Notes: generated from the letters alone by a model not told the origin. A DNA stretch of 45,781 bases from Pirellulales bacterium (GCA_044337015.1 JBIIOJ010000002.1:1-45781), one strand, 5' to 3'. Positions 17,050-29,767 are shown, counted from the first letter of the stretch. Translations and numbers: made by a program.

Positions 17050-18521
17050 ATCGGCTCGGCGTGCTCGACGCCGACGAGCTTCTGGTCGAGTCCGCCAAAG
17101 AAGTAGGAGAGACGGTTCGGGTCGAGGCCGAGGCAATGGAGCACGGTCGCGTGGAGGCTCTTCACGTGGAAGCCGGTGCGACCGTCGTGCTCGGGAGCGA
17201 TCGCCGCCGAGCCCAGCTCGTCGGTCTCGCCCACGCTCACGCCCCCCTTGATCCCTCCGCCGGCCATCCACATGGTGAATCCGAAGGAGTTGTGGTCGCG
17301 GCCCGTCCCCTTCGCGTACTCCGCCGTCGGCTGCCGGCCGAACTCGCCCCCCCAGATCACGAGCGTGCTGTCGAGCAGCCCCGTCCGCTTGAGATCCGTC
17401 AGGAGCGCCGCGACCGGCTGGTCGGTGTTGCCGGCATGGAACGAGTGGTTCTTCACGAGATCGTCGTGGGCGTCCCAGTTGTCGTCGTTGTGGGCACCGC
17501 CCGAATAGAGCTGCACGAACCGCACTCCCCGCTCCACGAGCCGCCGCGCGAGCAGGCAGCGGCGGCCGAAGTCGGCGGTCCGCGGGCTGTCGAGCCCGTA
17601 GAGTTTCTTCGTCTCCTCCGCCTCGCTCCCGAGATCGACCGCCTCCGGCGCGTGCTCCTGCATCTTCCAGGCGAGCTCGTACGAGGCGATCCGGGCGGCC
17701 AGTTCCGTGTTGTCGCCGCGGGAGAGCAGGTGGGCCGTGTTCGCCTCGCGAAGCGCGTCGAGCATCGCCCGCTGGGCCTCGAGCGGCATGTCGTCGGGAG
17801 GGGCGAGGTCGAGGATCGGCGGCCCCTTGCTCCGCAGCATCGTGCCTTGGTACGTCGCCGGCATGTAGCCGCTCGACCAGTTCTTGGCGCCGGAGATCGG
17901 GCCACCCGTGGGGTCGAGCATGACGACGAAGCCGGGGAGGTTCTCGTTCACGCTCCCGAGGCCGTAATTCACCCACGAGCCGAGGCAGGGGGAGCCCGAC
18001 TGGATCTTGCCCGAGTTCATCTGAAGCATTGCCGAGCCGTGGATCGGCGAATCAGCCGTCATCGAGTGGATGAACGCGATGTCGTCGACGTGTTTGGCGA
18101 TGTTCGGGAAGAGGTCGCTCACCCACTTGCCGCACTGGCCGTACTCCTTGAACTGCCACTTGGGACCGACGGCCCGGCTCTCGCTCCGATCTCCGCCGCG
18201 GCCCTTCGTCTTCACCTTGATCGTCTTGCCATCGAGCGGGTAGAGCGCGGGCTTGTAGTCGAACGTGTCGACGTGGCTCGGGCCGCCATACATGAAGAGG
18301 AAGATCACGCTCTTCGCCTTCGGCGCGAACATCGGCGGCTTGGCGGCGAGCGGGTTGGCGAAGGGCGTGCCCGTGGCGGCGCGGGCCTGCCGCGCGAAGA
18401 AGCCGGCGTCGAGCAGCCCCGAGAGGGCGAGCCCCGTGAACGAGGCCCCCGCCTCCCAGAAAAACTCCCGCCGCGTGCGCCGGCAGAAGGGGCCGCGGTG
18501 CGATGCGTGACTCGGCGTCAT
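17031..18521 (-). CDS. DUF1501 domain protein (sulfatase-fold, Tat signal)
   Basis: It has the twin-arginine leader RRTRREFFWEAGASF and motifs GGPSHVDTFD, HNDDNWDAH and GGEFGRQP, typical of planctomycete DUF1501 proteins. It lies 34 nt downstream of its usual DUF1553 partner. Confidence 0.9.
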   Translation of the reverse strand: MTPSHASHRGPFCRRTRREFFWEAGASFTGLALSGLLDAGFFARQARAATGTPFANPLAAKPPMFAPKAKSVIFLFMYGGPSHVDTFDYKPALYPLDGKTIKVKTKGRGGDRSESRAVGPKWQFKEYGQCGKWVSDLFPNIAKHVDDIAFIHSMTADSPIHGSAMLQMNSGKIQSGSPCLGSWVNYGLGSVNENLPGFVVMLDPTGGPISGAKNWSSGYMPATYQGTMLRSKGPPILDLAPPDDMPLEAQRAMLDALREANTAHLLSRGDNTELAARIASYELAWKMQEHAPEAVDLGSEAEETKKLYGLDSPRTADFGRRCLLARRLVERGVRFVQLYSGGAHNDDNWDAHDDLVKNHSFHAGNTDQPVAALLTDLKRTGLLDSTLVIWGGEFGRQPTAEYAKGTGRDHNSFGFTMWMAGGGIKGGVSVGETDELGSAAIAPEHDGRTGFHVKSLHATVLHCLGLDPNRLSYFFGGLDQKLVGVEHAEPIHEILA

Positions 18522-18555
18522 GAAGGGATCCGTTTCTCTTGTCAGTTTTCTCTCG

Positions 18556-20991
<2,436 letters not shown>

Positions 20992-21076
20992 CCCTTCACA
21001 TCAGCCGATCGATCGTTATTCTAAGCGTCGTTAAGAAACCTTCAAGGAAACCGATTTCCCACGCAGGAGCCCTTCC

Positions 21077-22300
21077 ATGGATCACCGGAATAGGATCGAC
21101 CATCGTTCGAAGCCCGGTCCGCGATCCGGGCACGTCGCTCTCGCGTTGGGATTCATGCTCTGCATTCCCTTCGCTTGTTCTTCGGAGGCCTCCGAACCCA
21201 TGACGACGTCGTCTCGTGCTCCCGTGAAGCGTCCTTTTGGAAAGCTCGCCGATGGACGGCCCGTCTCGCTCTACACGCTCGAGGTGCCGGGGGGCTGGCG
21301 GGCCGACATCACCGATTACGGGGCGATCCTCACGAGCCTCTTCGTGCCGGCGGCAGGGGATGGGAAGCCGGTCGACGTCGTGCTTGGATTCGATTCGCTC
21401 GAGGGCTACCTCGCCGGCCATCCTTTCTTCGGGGCGACCTGCGGCCGCGTCGCCAACCGGATCGCCGGAGGCACCTTCGAACTCGGCGGCAAGCGGTACA
21501 CGCTCGCGACAAACAACGGCGACAACCACCTCCACGGCGGCCTCGTCGGATTCGACAAGAAGCTCTGGAAGGCGACGCCCCGGGCCTCCGACCGTGGTCC
21601 GGCGGTCGACTTCGAGATGACGTCACCCGACGGCGACGAGGGCTACCCCGGCGCAGTTACGGCCCGCGTCACCTACACGCTCACGCCCGACGGCGAACTG
21701 TGGGTGGAGATGTCGGCCACGACCGACAGCCCGACGCTCGTGAACATGGCCCACCATTCCTACTGGAACCTTGCGGGCCAGGGCTCGGGCACGATCCACG
21801 ACCACGAACTCACGATCGCGGCTGACACCTATCTGCCGGTCGATGCAGGCGGCATTCCGACGGGCGAGTTCGCGCTGGTGGCGGGCACGCCCTTCGACCT
21901 GCGGCCCGAGCGGCGTCCCGCGGCGACGCTCGGCGAGGCGATCGCCGCGCTTCCAGCGACCGCCGACGGCAAGAATCCTGGCGGAATCGACCACAATTTC
22001 GTCGTGAGTTCCTGGAAGCCCGACGTCAGCCTGCGGTCTGTGGCTTTCCTCCGCGACCGCAAAAGCGGCCGCACGCTGGAGATCCTCTCAGATCAGCCGG
22101 GCATCCAGGTCTACACCGGCAACTACCTCGACGGGAGCGTGAAGGGCAAGGGGGGCGTGGCCTACGGCAAGCAGTCGGCGGTCTGTCTCGAGACGCAGAA
22201 GTATCCCGACAGCATCCATCATCCCAAATGGCCGACGACGCAGCTCGAACCCGGACAGACCTACCGGCACACGATGGTGCACCGGTTCGGCAGTCGCTGA
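21077..22300 (+). CDS. galM: Aldose 1-epimerase (galactose mutarotase)
   Basis: ATG 21077 has AGGAG 7 nt upstream. An N-terminal signal-like segment is followed by ITDYGAILTSL, GRVANRIAGGTFELGGKRYTLATNNGDNHLHGG and CLETQKYPDS, which are mutarotase signatures. Confidence 0.9.
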   Translation: MDHRNRIDHRSKPGPRSGHVALALGFMLCIPFACSSEASEPMTTSSRAPVKRPFGKLADGRPVSLYTLEVPGGWRADITDYGAILTSLFVPAAGDGKPVDVVLGFDSLEGYLAGHPFFGATCGRVANRIAGGTFELGGKRYTLATNNGDNHLHGGLVGFDKKLWKATPRASDRGPAVDFEMTSPDGDEGYPGAVTARVTYTLTPDGELWVEMSATTDSPTLVNMAHHSYWNLAGQGSGTIHDHELTIAADTYLPVDAGGIPTGEFALVAGTPFDLRPERRPAATLGEAIAALPATADGKNPGGIDHNFVVSSWKPDVSLRSVAFLRDRKSGRTLEILSDQPGIQVYTGNYLDGSVKGKGGVAYGKQSAVCLETQKYPDSIHHPKWPTTQLEPGQTYRHTMVHRFGSR

Positions 22301-22318
22301 CGCCCACACGATGAACCG

Positions 22319-23500
22319 ATGAAGCACGATCTCATGAAGCATCGTGGCCCCCGCGTCGAATCGACGCTCCTGCGGCGGATCAACGAGCGTCGCCTCCTCG
22401 AGGCGATCCAGCGGCACGGTCCCTCGTCTCGGGCGGCACTCACCCGCGCCTCGGGGCTCACGGCGCCGACCGTGTCGAAGGCGGTCGATTCGCTCCTGAA
22501 GCGGGGACTCGTCGAGGAACTCGATCCGGTCGAGCAGTCGCTCGGGCGGCCGGGCAGGCTCGTGCGAATGGCGGCCGAATCGGCCGCGGTACTCGGCGTC
22601 GTGATCGATGCGGGAAGTTGCTGCGTGGTCGCCACCGGCCTCGACGGCACGGTCGCCGAGGAGCGGACCGTCCGTTTCGCGACGCCGGCGGGATATCCCG
22701 AACTCATCGACGCAGTCGAGGCGGCCTGCCGCAGGCTGACCGGCGGCGAGGCGGTCGTGCACGGCGTCGGCGTGAGCGTGCCGGGGCTCGTGAACAACCG
22801 GCTCCGAGAGATCGTCTTCTCACCCAACCTCCACCTGCTCGACAAGCGGAATCCGGCCCGCGACCTCGAGGGCCGGCTCGGGGTGCCATGCGTCCTCGTG
22901 CAGGAGAGCGACGGCCTCGTGCTCGGCGAGCGGATGGCCGGCGACGCCCGCGATCTCGACGACTTCGCGGTGCTCGACGCATCCATCGGTCTCGGTCTGG
23001 GCGTGATGAGCGGCGGACGGCTGCTCTCGGGCCACAGCGGCTTGGCGGGCGAGGTGGGCCACATCACCGCCGCGGCCGACGGCATCCGCTGCGGCTGCGG
23101 CAACCGCGGCTGCCTGGAGACGCTCGCGACCGACGCGGCGCTCGTGCGGCTCATGACCGAGAAGCTGGGCCGCCCGGTGTCGCCCGCCGAGGCCGCGGCG
23201 CTCCTGGAGACCCGGGACGCCGACTTTCAGCACGAGCTCCGCACGGTCATCGAGTATCTCGCGATCGCGATCGGCGCCGTGATCAACATCTTCAATCCGA
23301 CCACGCTCTTCGTGCACGGGCAGCTCCTGGCAGGCTCGCCGGACCGATTCTCGCGGGTGCTCGACCGGGTGAGGCAGCGGACGCTCATGGCGTCGCTCTC
23401 CGACTGCACGATCGTCGCCACGAATTCGAGCAAGAGGCAGGGGGCGGTCGCCGGCATCATGCACCACCTCACCGATGCCTGGGCTCCTTCGATCCGTTGA
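22319..23500 (+). CDS. ROK family transcriptional regulator
   Basis: It has an N-terminal winged HTH (SRAALTRASGLTAPTVSKAVDSLLKRGLV) and the ROK zinc motif HITAAADGIRCGCGNRGCLET. Confidence 0.85.
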   Translation: MKHDLMKHRGPRVESTLLRRINERRLLEAIQRHGPSSRAALTRASGLTAPTVSKAVDSLLKRGLVEELDPVEQSLGRPGRLVRMAAESAAVLGVVIDAGSCCVVATGLDGTVAEERTVRFATPAGYPELIDAVEAACRRLTGGEAVVHGVGVSVPGLVNNRLREIVFSPNLHLLDKRNPARDLEGRLGVPCVLVQESDGLVLGERMAGDARDLDDFAVLDASIGLGLGVMSGGRLLSGHSGLAGEVGHITAAADGIRCGCGNRGCLETLATDAALVRLMTEKLGRPVSPAEAAALLETRDADFQHELRTVIEYLAIAIGAVINIFNPTTLFVHGQLLAGSPDRFSRVLDRVRQRTLMASLSDCTIVATNSSKRQGAVAGIMHHLTDAWAPSIR

Positions 23501-23593
23501 CCCGCGGGCGAGCCGCGTCAAGCATCACACGGGCCCGCGGGCGAGCCGCGTCAAGCATCACACCGGCCCGCGGGCGCGGCCGGTCAAGCATCA
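23501..23593. repeat. 33-bp tandem direct repeat, about 2.8 copies
   Basis: CCCGCGGGCGAGCCGCGTCAAGCATCACACGGG occurs at 23501-23533, a near-identical copy at 23534-23566, and a diverged third copy at 23567-23593. The third copy contains the real glnA stop (23584-23586). Confidence 0.9.
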
Positions 23594-24996
23594 TAGTACA
23601 GGCAGAACTCATACGGATGCGGCCGCAGCCGCATCGGCGCGATCTCCTTCTCCCGCTTGTAGCGGATCCAGGTCGCGATGACGTCGTCGGTGAAGACATC
23701 GCCGCGAAGAAGAAACTCATGGTCCCGCTCGAGCGCAGCGAGCGCCTCGTCGAGTGAGCCCGGCGCCTTCGGCACGTTTGAGAGCTCCTCCGGCGGGAGG
23801 TCGTAGATGTCGCGGTCGAGCGGCTCGCCGGGATGGATCTTGTTCTGGATGCCGTCGATCGCCGCCATGAGGATCGCCGAGAAGGCGAGGTAGGGGTTGC
23901 AGGTCGGGTCGGGGCAGCGAAATTCGATCCGCTTCGTCTTCGGGCTCGCCGAGTACATCGGGATCCGGCAGCTCGCCGAGCGGTTCCGCTGCGAGTAGGC
24001 GAGGTTCACCGGCGCCTCGTAGCCCGGCACGAGCCGTTTGTAGCTGTTGGTGGTCGGGTTCGTGATCGCGAGGATCGCCGGTGCATGGGCGAGGATGCCG
24101 CCGAGCGCGTGGAGCGCCATGTCGGAGAGCCCGGCGTAGCCCGTCCCGGCGAAGAGCGGCTGCCCCTCCTTCCAGAGCGAGATGTGGGTGTGCATGCCGG
24201 AGCCGTTGTCGCCGTAGATTGGCTTCGGCATGAACGTGACCGTGCGGTCGTGGCGACGGGCGACGTTCTTCACGATGTACTTGTAGAGGCACATCTGGTC
24301 GGCCATGCGGACGAGTTCCTGGAACCGCATGTCGATCTCGCACTGCCCGGCCGTGGCCACCTCGTGGTGCTGGGCCTCGACATCGATGCCGCAGGCGATC
24401 ATCGTCTGCATCATCTCGTTGCGGAGGTCCATCAGCTGGTCCGACGGCGGACAGGGGAAGTAGCCCTCCTTGTGCCGCAGCTTGTGGCCAAGGTTCGGCA
24501 GCTCCTCGCGGCCGCGGTTCCATTCCGCCTCGACGCTATCGAGGTGGAAGTAGCCCTCGTGGGCGTTCTGGTCGAACCGCACGTCGTCAAACACGAAGAA
24601 CTCTGCCTCCGGCCCGATGAAGCAGGTGTCGGCGATCCGCGTGCTCTTGAGATAGTTCGCAGCCTTGCGGGCGATGTGACGGGGGTCGCGGGAGTAGTCC
24701 TCGCGGGTGATCGGGTCCTGCACGTTGCAGACCATCACGAGCGTGGGGACCGCCGTGAACGGATCGACAAACGCGGTATCGGGCACCGGCACGAGGAGCA
24801 TGTCGCTCTCGTTGATCGCCTGCCAGCCGCGGATGCTCGAGCCGTCGAAGCCGAGCCCGTCCTCGAAGACGTCCTCCTCGAGCTTCCCGACGGGAATCGT
24901 GAAGTGCTGCCACGCCCCGAGAAAATCGACGAACCTCAGGTCGACGGCCTTCACTTCCTTCTCGCGGCACATCGCGAGCACTTCACGGGGCTTCAT
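23584..24996 (-). CDS. glnA: Glutamine synthetase type I
   Basis: Start at ATG 24996 (MKPREVLAM) with GGAGAG upstream, 470 aa. It has [21 protein letters not shown] and the adenylylation-site-like DIYDLPPEE. Confidence 0.95.
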   Translation of the reverse strand: MKPREVLAMCREKEVKAVDLRFVDFLGAWQHFTIPVGKLEEDVFEDGLGFDGSSIRGWQAINESDMLLVPVPDTAFVDPFTAVPTLVMVCNVQDPITREDYSRDPRHIARKAANYLKSTRIADTCFIGPEAEFFVFDDVRFDQNAHEGYFHLDSVEAEWNRGREELPNLGHKLRHKEGYFPCPPSDQLMDLRNEMMQTMIACGIDVEAQHHEVATAGQCEIDMRFQELVRMADQMCLYKYIVKNVARRHDRTVTFMPKPIYGDNGSGMHTHISLWKEGQPLFAGTGYAGLSDMALHALGGILAHAPAILAITNPTTNSYKRLVPGYEAPVNLAYSQRNRSASCRIPMYSASPKTKRIEFRCPDPTCNPYLAFSAILMAAIDGIQNKIHPGEPLDRDIYDLPPEELSNVPKAPGSLDEALAALERDHEFLLRGDVFTDDVIATWIRYKREKEIAPMRLRPHPYEFCLYYDA

Positions 24997-25128
24997 GGGA
25001 AACTCTCCTCGGTCGGCAGGCACGGTATCGCAGGTCGCCCCATGATACGCCCCCGGCGGCAGTCGCCCGGAGCCGCTTTCAGGCCGCCGGCGGAATCCCT
25101 ATGCTTCCGCACAGAGGAGCGTCGAACG

Positions 25129-26673
25129 ATGGCACGCTACACCCGCCGGATGTTCCTTTCGACGACCGGCGCCCTGGCTGGCTCGGCCGCATTCGCCCCA
25201 CCGCCGGAGGTGCTCGCGGCGGTGGAGGCGGGCCGCGCCCGCACCGTCTCGGTCTTCCACACGACCGATCTCCACGGCAACATCCTCCCGACGAAGACCT
25301 ACGAGGGTCTCTCCGACGTCGGCGGACTCGCCCGCTGCGTTAGCTGCATCCGGCAGTGGCGGCGGGAATCACCCCATTCGCTCCTGGTCGATGCGGGCGA
25401 CATCGTGCAGGGAACGCCCGTGAGCCTCGAGAGCCGGGGCGGCCTCATGATCGACCTCTTCAACGAGCTCGGCTACGACGCCTGGGTGCTCGGCAACCAC
25501 GACTTCGACTGGGGCCCCGAGCCGCTCGCGGCGAACATCGCCCGATCGACCCCTCCCGTCCTCACGGCGAACCTCGAGCTTGCGGGCAAGCCGCCGGAAT
25601 CGCTCCATGCCGCCTGGGGCAAGCTGCGGCCGTGGATCATGAAGGACGTGGGTGGCTTCCGGATCGCCATCGTCGGCCTCATAACGCCCGGCCTCGGTTT
25701 CTGGCTGCCCGAGGAGACGCTCGGTGGCGTGCTGGCGACCGATCCCGCGGAGGCGATGGCGAAGTCGGTCGCGGAGGCGAAGGCGGAGGGTGCCGATGCG
25801 GTCGTCGTCGTCGGCCACATGGGATGGAAGTTCCAGGACGACTACGCCAATCCCGTCCGCGAGCTGCTCGGACCCGCGAAGGGGGTCGATGTCTACCTCG
25901 CGGGCCATTCCCACCAGAATCGTCCGACCTGGCAGGTGGACGACGTGCTCTGCTCGCAGGCGAGCTACCACGGCATCCACTGCGGCCGCGTCGACCTCAC
26001 GTTCGACCTCGCCACGCGGAAGCTCGTCGACAAGCGAGCCTTCACGCTCCTCATGGACGACCGCTTCCCCCTCGATCCGGCCGTGATGCAGGCCGCCCGG
26101 GGAGACCTCGCCCGCAGCGACGAGGAGCTCGCCCGCACGGTCTGCCGCGTGAAGGAGCCGATCGCCGGCGGCGGCAGGCGGAGCAGTCAACTCGTGAACC
26201 TGCTCTGCGACGTGTTCGCGGCGGTGCTCGCGAAGCGGCAGCATCCGGTGGACGGCGTCTTCCACGGCAGCTTCGGCACTGAGCGGGTCGATGCCGGTGA
26301 ACTCACCGTCGCCGACTGCTGGAAGATCCTCCCTTACGACAACCTGCTCGTCACGGCCGAGCTCTCGGCCAAGGAACTCGCGGAGGTGGTCGCCGAGGAC
26401 GCAAAGGAAAAGAAGTCGGACCGCACGCTCTGGCCCTTCACGATCCACTTCGACGCCGGCGGCACGCCGACGCAGGTGCTCCACCGTGGCCGCGAGGCGA
26501 AGCCCGACGAGCGGTTCACGATCGCCTTGAACAGCTACGACTCCCAGTCGGGCGGACGGCGGCTCATGAAGCTCCGCGAGATCCTCGCGAAGCCCGACGC
26601 GAAGCGTTCGCTCACCTCGATCGACACCCGCGCCGCACTCGTCGACGGCCTGCTCGACCGCGGCGAGATCTGA
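25129..26673 (+). CDS. Bifunctional metallophosphatase / 5'-nucleotidase (UshA-like), Tat signal
   Basis: Start at ATG 25129 with GAGGAG upstream. It has the leader MARYTRRMFLSTTGALAGSAA and metallophosphatase motifs TTDLHG, DAGDIVQG and GNHDFD, plus a C-terminal 5'-nucleotidase-type domain. Confidence 0.85.
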   Translation: MARYTRRMFLSTTGALAGSAAFAPPPEVLAAVEAGRARTVSVFHTTDLHGNILPTKTYEGLSDVGGLARCVSCIRQWRRESPHSLLVDAGDIVQGTPVSLESRGGLMIDLFNELGYDAWVLGNHDFDWGPEPLAANIARSTPPVLTANLELAGKPPESLHAAWGKLRPWIMKDVGGFRIAIVGLITPGLGFWLPEETLGGVLATDPAEAMAKSVAEAKAEGADAVVVVGHMGWKFQDDYANPVRELLGPAKGVDVYLAGHSHQNRPTWQVDDVLCSQASYHGIHCGRVDLTFDLATRKLVDKRAFTLLMDDRFPLDPAVMQAARGDLARSDEELARTVCRVKEPIAGGGRRSSQLVNLLCDVFAAVLAKRQHPVDGVFHGSFGTERVDAGELTVADCWKILPYDNLLVTAELSAKELAEVVAEDAKEKKSDRTLWPFTIHFDAGGTPTQVLHRGREAKPDERFTIALNSYDSQSGGRRLMKLREILAKPDAKRSLTSIDTRAALVDGLLDRGEI

Positions 26674-26687
26674 GAAGAAGCGTCGAT

Positions 26688-29600
26688 GTGTTCGAGTCCT
26701 TGAACCGCATGAACGATCGCCTGCCGCTCGCCGCCCTGCTGATCGCGATCGTAGCTCTCGGACAGAAGCCCGCGCGGCCGCTCGAACCGCTCCCCTACAA
26801 CCATCCGGGCCTCGCGGTGGATCTCGGCGTCGGCCTCTGGGCCTGGCCGTCCCCCTGCGACGCCGATGGCGACGGCGACTTCGACCTCGTCGTCTCCTGC
26901 CACGACAAGCCGAGCAACGGCGTCTACCTGTTCGAGAACGCCGTGGGCGACACGGCAAAAAACAAGTTCCCCGTGTTCAAGCCGGCCCGCCGGATCGGTG
27001 ACACCGCCGCCTACGCCACGCCCAGCTATGTCGCCGGCGGCATGCGGGTGCTCACGCCTGGGCATGAGCATCCCGACTTCCTGAAAGCGGGCGTCGCCGG
27101 GAAGGTCGCATTGCCCTTCGCCGCCGACTTCCACAGGTCCACGGGCACGCAGCCAAAGAGCCCGAAACTGCGGCACAACCAGTGGCGATACGTGGACCAC
27201 GACGGCGACGGCGACCTCGACCTCGTCGTGGCGGTCGAGGACTGGAGCGACTACGGCTGGGACGACGCGTGGAACGAGAAGGGGGAGTGGACCAACGGCC
27301 CGCTGCACGGCTGGATCTACCTCGTCCGCAACACCGGCACCAACGACCGGCCCGCCTACGATGAGCCGACTTTTCTCGAGGCCGGCGGAGAGCGGCTCGA
27401 CGTCTTCGGCTGCCCGTCCCCCAACTTCGTGGACTTCGACGGCGACGGCGACCTCGACCTCCTGTGCGGGGAGTTTCTCGACTCGTTCACCTACTTCGAA
27501 AACGTCGGCAGCCGCACGGAGCCGCGGTACGCCGCGGGCCGCCGCGTGAAGGACGCCGCCGGGAACCAGGTCTCGATGGAACTCGAGATGATCGTGCCGG
27601 TGGCCTTCGACTGGGACAGGGACGGCGACTTCGATCTCGTCGTGGGCGACGAGGACGGCCGGGTGGCCCTGGTGGAAAACGAGGGCACCCTCGCGGCCGA
27701 CGACACGCCCGTCTTCGCGCAGCCGCGGTATTTCCGGCAGGAGGCCGACACGCTCAAGTGCGGCGCGCTCGCCACGCCCGTCGGATTCGACTGGGACGGC
27801 GACGGCGACCAGGACATCGTCAGCGGCAACACGGCCGGCTTCATCGAGTGGTTCGAGAACCTCGGCGGCCCCGGGGCCGGGCAGCCGAAATGGGCAGCCC
27901 CGCGGCGGCTCGAAGCTGGCGGAAAGGTGTTTCGGATCATGGCGGGCAACCGCAGCATCCAGGGGCCCGCCGAGGCGAAGTGGGGCTACACGACGCTGTC
28001 GATCGCCGATTGGGACGTCGACGGGCTGCCCGACATCGTGCTCAACTCGATCACCGGTGAAGTGCAGTGGCTCCGCAACGTGGGAACCCGCACGTCTCCG
28101 CAGCTCGCCTCCGCCCGGCCGGTCGAGGTGGCATGGGACGGCCCGCAGCCGACGCTCGCCTGGGGCTGGCTGAAGCCCTCCGGCAAGGCCCTGCTGACGC
28201 AGTGGCGGACCACGCCGCTCGTGCACGATTTCGACCGCGACGGGCTGCCCGATCTCGCGATCCTCGACACCGATGGATACCTCGCATTCTTCAGGCGGGC
28301 GAGGCGTGATGGCGCGCTCGTGCTCGAGCACCCGCGCCGGGCTTTCGTGGACGAAGAAGGCCGTCCGCTTCGGCTCAATACGGCTCAAGCCGGGGGGAGC
28401 GGCCGTCGCAAGCTCTGCGTCACCGACTGGGACGGCGACGGCCGCTTCGATCTCCTGCTCAACTCCTCCAACGCCGACGTCCTGCTGCAAGTCGGCACGC
28501 GGGATGGCGGCTGGGTGATGCGGAACACCGGACCGCTCGCCGGGAAAAATATCGAGGGGCACGACGTGAGCCCTGCCACGGTGGACTTCGACGGCGACGG
28601 CGCGGACGACTATCTCGGCGGCGCCGAGAATGGACGCTTCTATTTCCTGGCCAACCCCCGTGTCCGCTCGGAGTTCATCTACGACTTCGGACCGTACCCG
28701 CAGATCCACGCCACCACGATCGCGGAGACGCCCGCGGGCCTCGTCGCCGCCTGGTTCGGCGGCACGCACGAGAAGCACCCCGACGTCTGCATCCGGGTGT
28801 CGCGTCTCGAACGCGGCGGCTGGACGGCCAGCCGCGAGGTCGCAAACGGCGTGCAGCCCGACGGCTCGCGGCATCCCACCTGGAACCCCGTGCTCTTCCA
28901 GACGCAGGAAGGTCCGCTCATGCTCTTCTACAAGGTCGGCCCCAGCCCCGCCGAGTGGTGGGGCGAGCTCAAGACGTCGGCCGACGATGGCCTCACCTGG
29001 TCGGCGGCCCGCAGGCTGCCCGACGGCATTCTCGGACCCATCAAGAACAAGCCCGTGCAACTGCCCGACGGCGCCATTCTCTGCCCCTCGAGCCACGAGA
29101 CGCCCGAGCGGCAAAGCAAGTGGTCGGTGCACTTCGAACGCACCGACGATCTCGGGGCGACCTGGCGGAAGATCGGCCCGGTCAACGACGGCGTGAAGAT
29201 CCAGGCGATCCAGCCGAGCATCCTGTCCCTTGGGGGCACGCGGCTGCTGGCGATCGGCCGATCGCGGCAAGACCGCGTGTTCGAGATCCGGAGCGACGAC
29301 GGCGGAGTCACCTGGGGCGAGATGTCGCTCGGCATCCTGCCCAACAACAACAGCGGCACCGACGCGGTGACGCTCGCCAACGGCACGCACCTGATCGTCT
29401 ACAACCACGTCGCCGGCACGCCCGGGGAGTGGGGGGGCAGGCGGACGCCGCTCAATCTGGCCGCAAGTCGCGACGGCACGATCTGGGAGGCCGCGCTCGT
29501 GCTCGAGGACGCCCCCGGCGAATACTCCTACCCGGCCATCATCCAGACCACGGACGGCCTCGTGCACGTCACCTACACCTGGAATCGCCGCAAGGTGAAG

Positions 29601-29699
29601 CATGTCGTGATCGATCCGACGAAGCTCGCGCCCGAGGCGATCGTCGACGGTAGGTGGCCGGGCGGCTCGGCCGATCCGCGACAACGGGGCTCGCGGTGA
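26688..29699 (+). CDS. FG-GAP/VCBS repeat propeller fused to a BNR/sialidase-like domain
   Basis: ORF of 1003 aa (GTG 26688, alternative ATG 26709 gives the signal MNDRLPLAALLIAIVALG). It has at least seven D-G-D-G-D-x-D-L calcium-type FG-GAP motifs, then BNR motifs SADDGLTWS, TDDLGATWR and SDDGGVTWG. Confidence 0.75.
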   Translation: MFESLNRMNDRLPLAALLIAIVALGQKPARPLEPLPYNHPGLAVDLGVGLWAWPSPCDADGDGDFDLVVSCHDKPSNGVYLFENAVGDTAKNKFPVFKPARRIGDTAAYATPSYVAGGMRVLTPGHEHPDFLKAGVAGKVALPFAADFHRSTGTQPKSPKLRHNQWRYVDHDGDGDLDLVVAVEDWSDYGWDDAWNEKGEWTNGPLHGWIYLVRNTGTNDRPAYDEPTFLEAGGERLDVFGCPSPNFVDFDGDGDLDLLCGEFLDSFTYFENVGSRTEPRYAAGRRVKDAAGNQVSMELEMIVPVAFDWDRDGDFDLVVGDEDGRVALVENEGTLAADDTPVFAQPRYFRQEADTLKCGALATPVGFDWDGDGDQDIVSGNTAGFIEWFENLGGPGAGQPKWAAPRRLEAGGKVFRIMAGNRSIQGPAEAKWGYTTLSIADWDVDGLPDIVLNSITGEVQWLRNVGTRTSPQLASARPVEVAWDGPQPTLAWGWLKPSGKALLTQWRTTPLVHDFDRDGLPDLAILDTDGYLAFFRRARRDGALVLEHPRRAFVDEEGRPLRLNTAQAGGSGRRKLCVTDWDGDGRFDLLLNSSNADVLLQVGTRDGGWVMRNTGPLAGKNIEGHDVSPATVDFDGDGADDYLGGAENGRFYFLANPRVRSEFIYDFGPYPQIHATTIAETPAGLVAAWFGGTHEKHPDVCIRVSRLERGGWTASREVANGVQPDGSRHPTWNPVLFQTQEGPLMLFYKVGPSPAEWWGELKTSADDGLTWSAARRLPDGILGPIKNKPVQLPDGAILCPSSHETPERQSKWSVHFERTDDLGATWRKIGPVNDGVKIQAIQPSILSLGGTRLLAIGRSRQDRVFEIRSDDGGVTWGEMSLGILPNNNSGTDAVTLANGTHLIVYNHVAGTPGEWGGRRTPLNLAASRDGTIWEAALVLEDAPGEYSYPAIIQTTDGLVHVTYTWNRRKVKHVVIDPTKLAPEAIVDGRWPGGSADPRQRGSR

Positions 29700-29767
29700 C
29701 GATCCGCGGCGTCATCTCGCGTAGTTCACGGCGGCCGCGGCCTCGCCGCCCCCACAGCGACCTCGCC

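Noticed and set aside
25019-25032. Sigma-54-like GGCACG....GCA element between glnA and the nucleotidase gene
   Set aside because: The GG-to-GC spacing is 9 nt instead of the required 10. It is also oriented towards the nucleotidase gene rather than glnA.
23833-25128. Upstream 432 codons of ORF 23833..26673
   Set aside because: This stretch is antisense to glnA. The recognisable 5'-nucleotidase begins at ATG 25129 with a Tat leader and a GAGGAG ribosome-binding site.
26535-29684. Very long antisense ORFs. Examples are 26535..29684 minus, 1434..2894 minus, 18520..21024 plus, 30196..32232 plus, 39687..40991 plus, 43425..44933 minus and 12934..14442 plus.
   Set aside because: Each lies opposite a gene with clear family motifs. 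Their translations are Arg/Gly/Pro/Ala-rich low-complexity sequence, typical of stop-codon-poor non-coding frames in GC-rich DNA.
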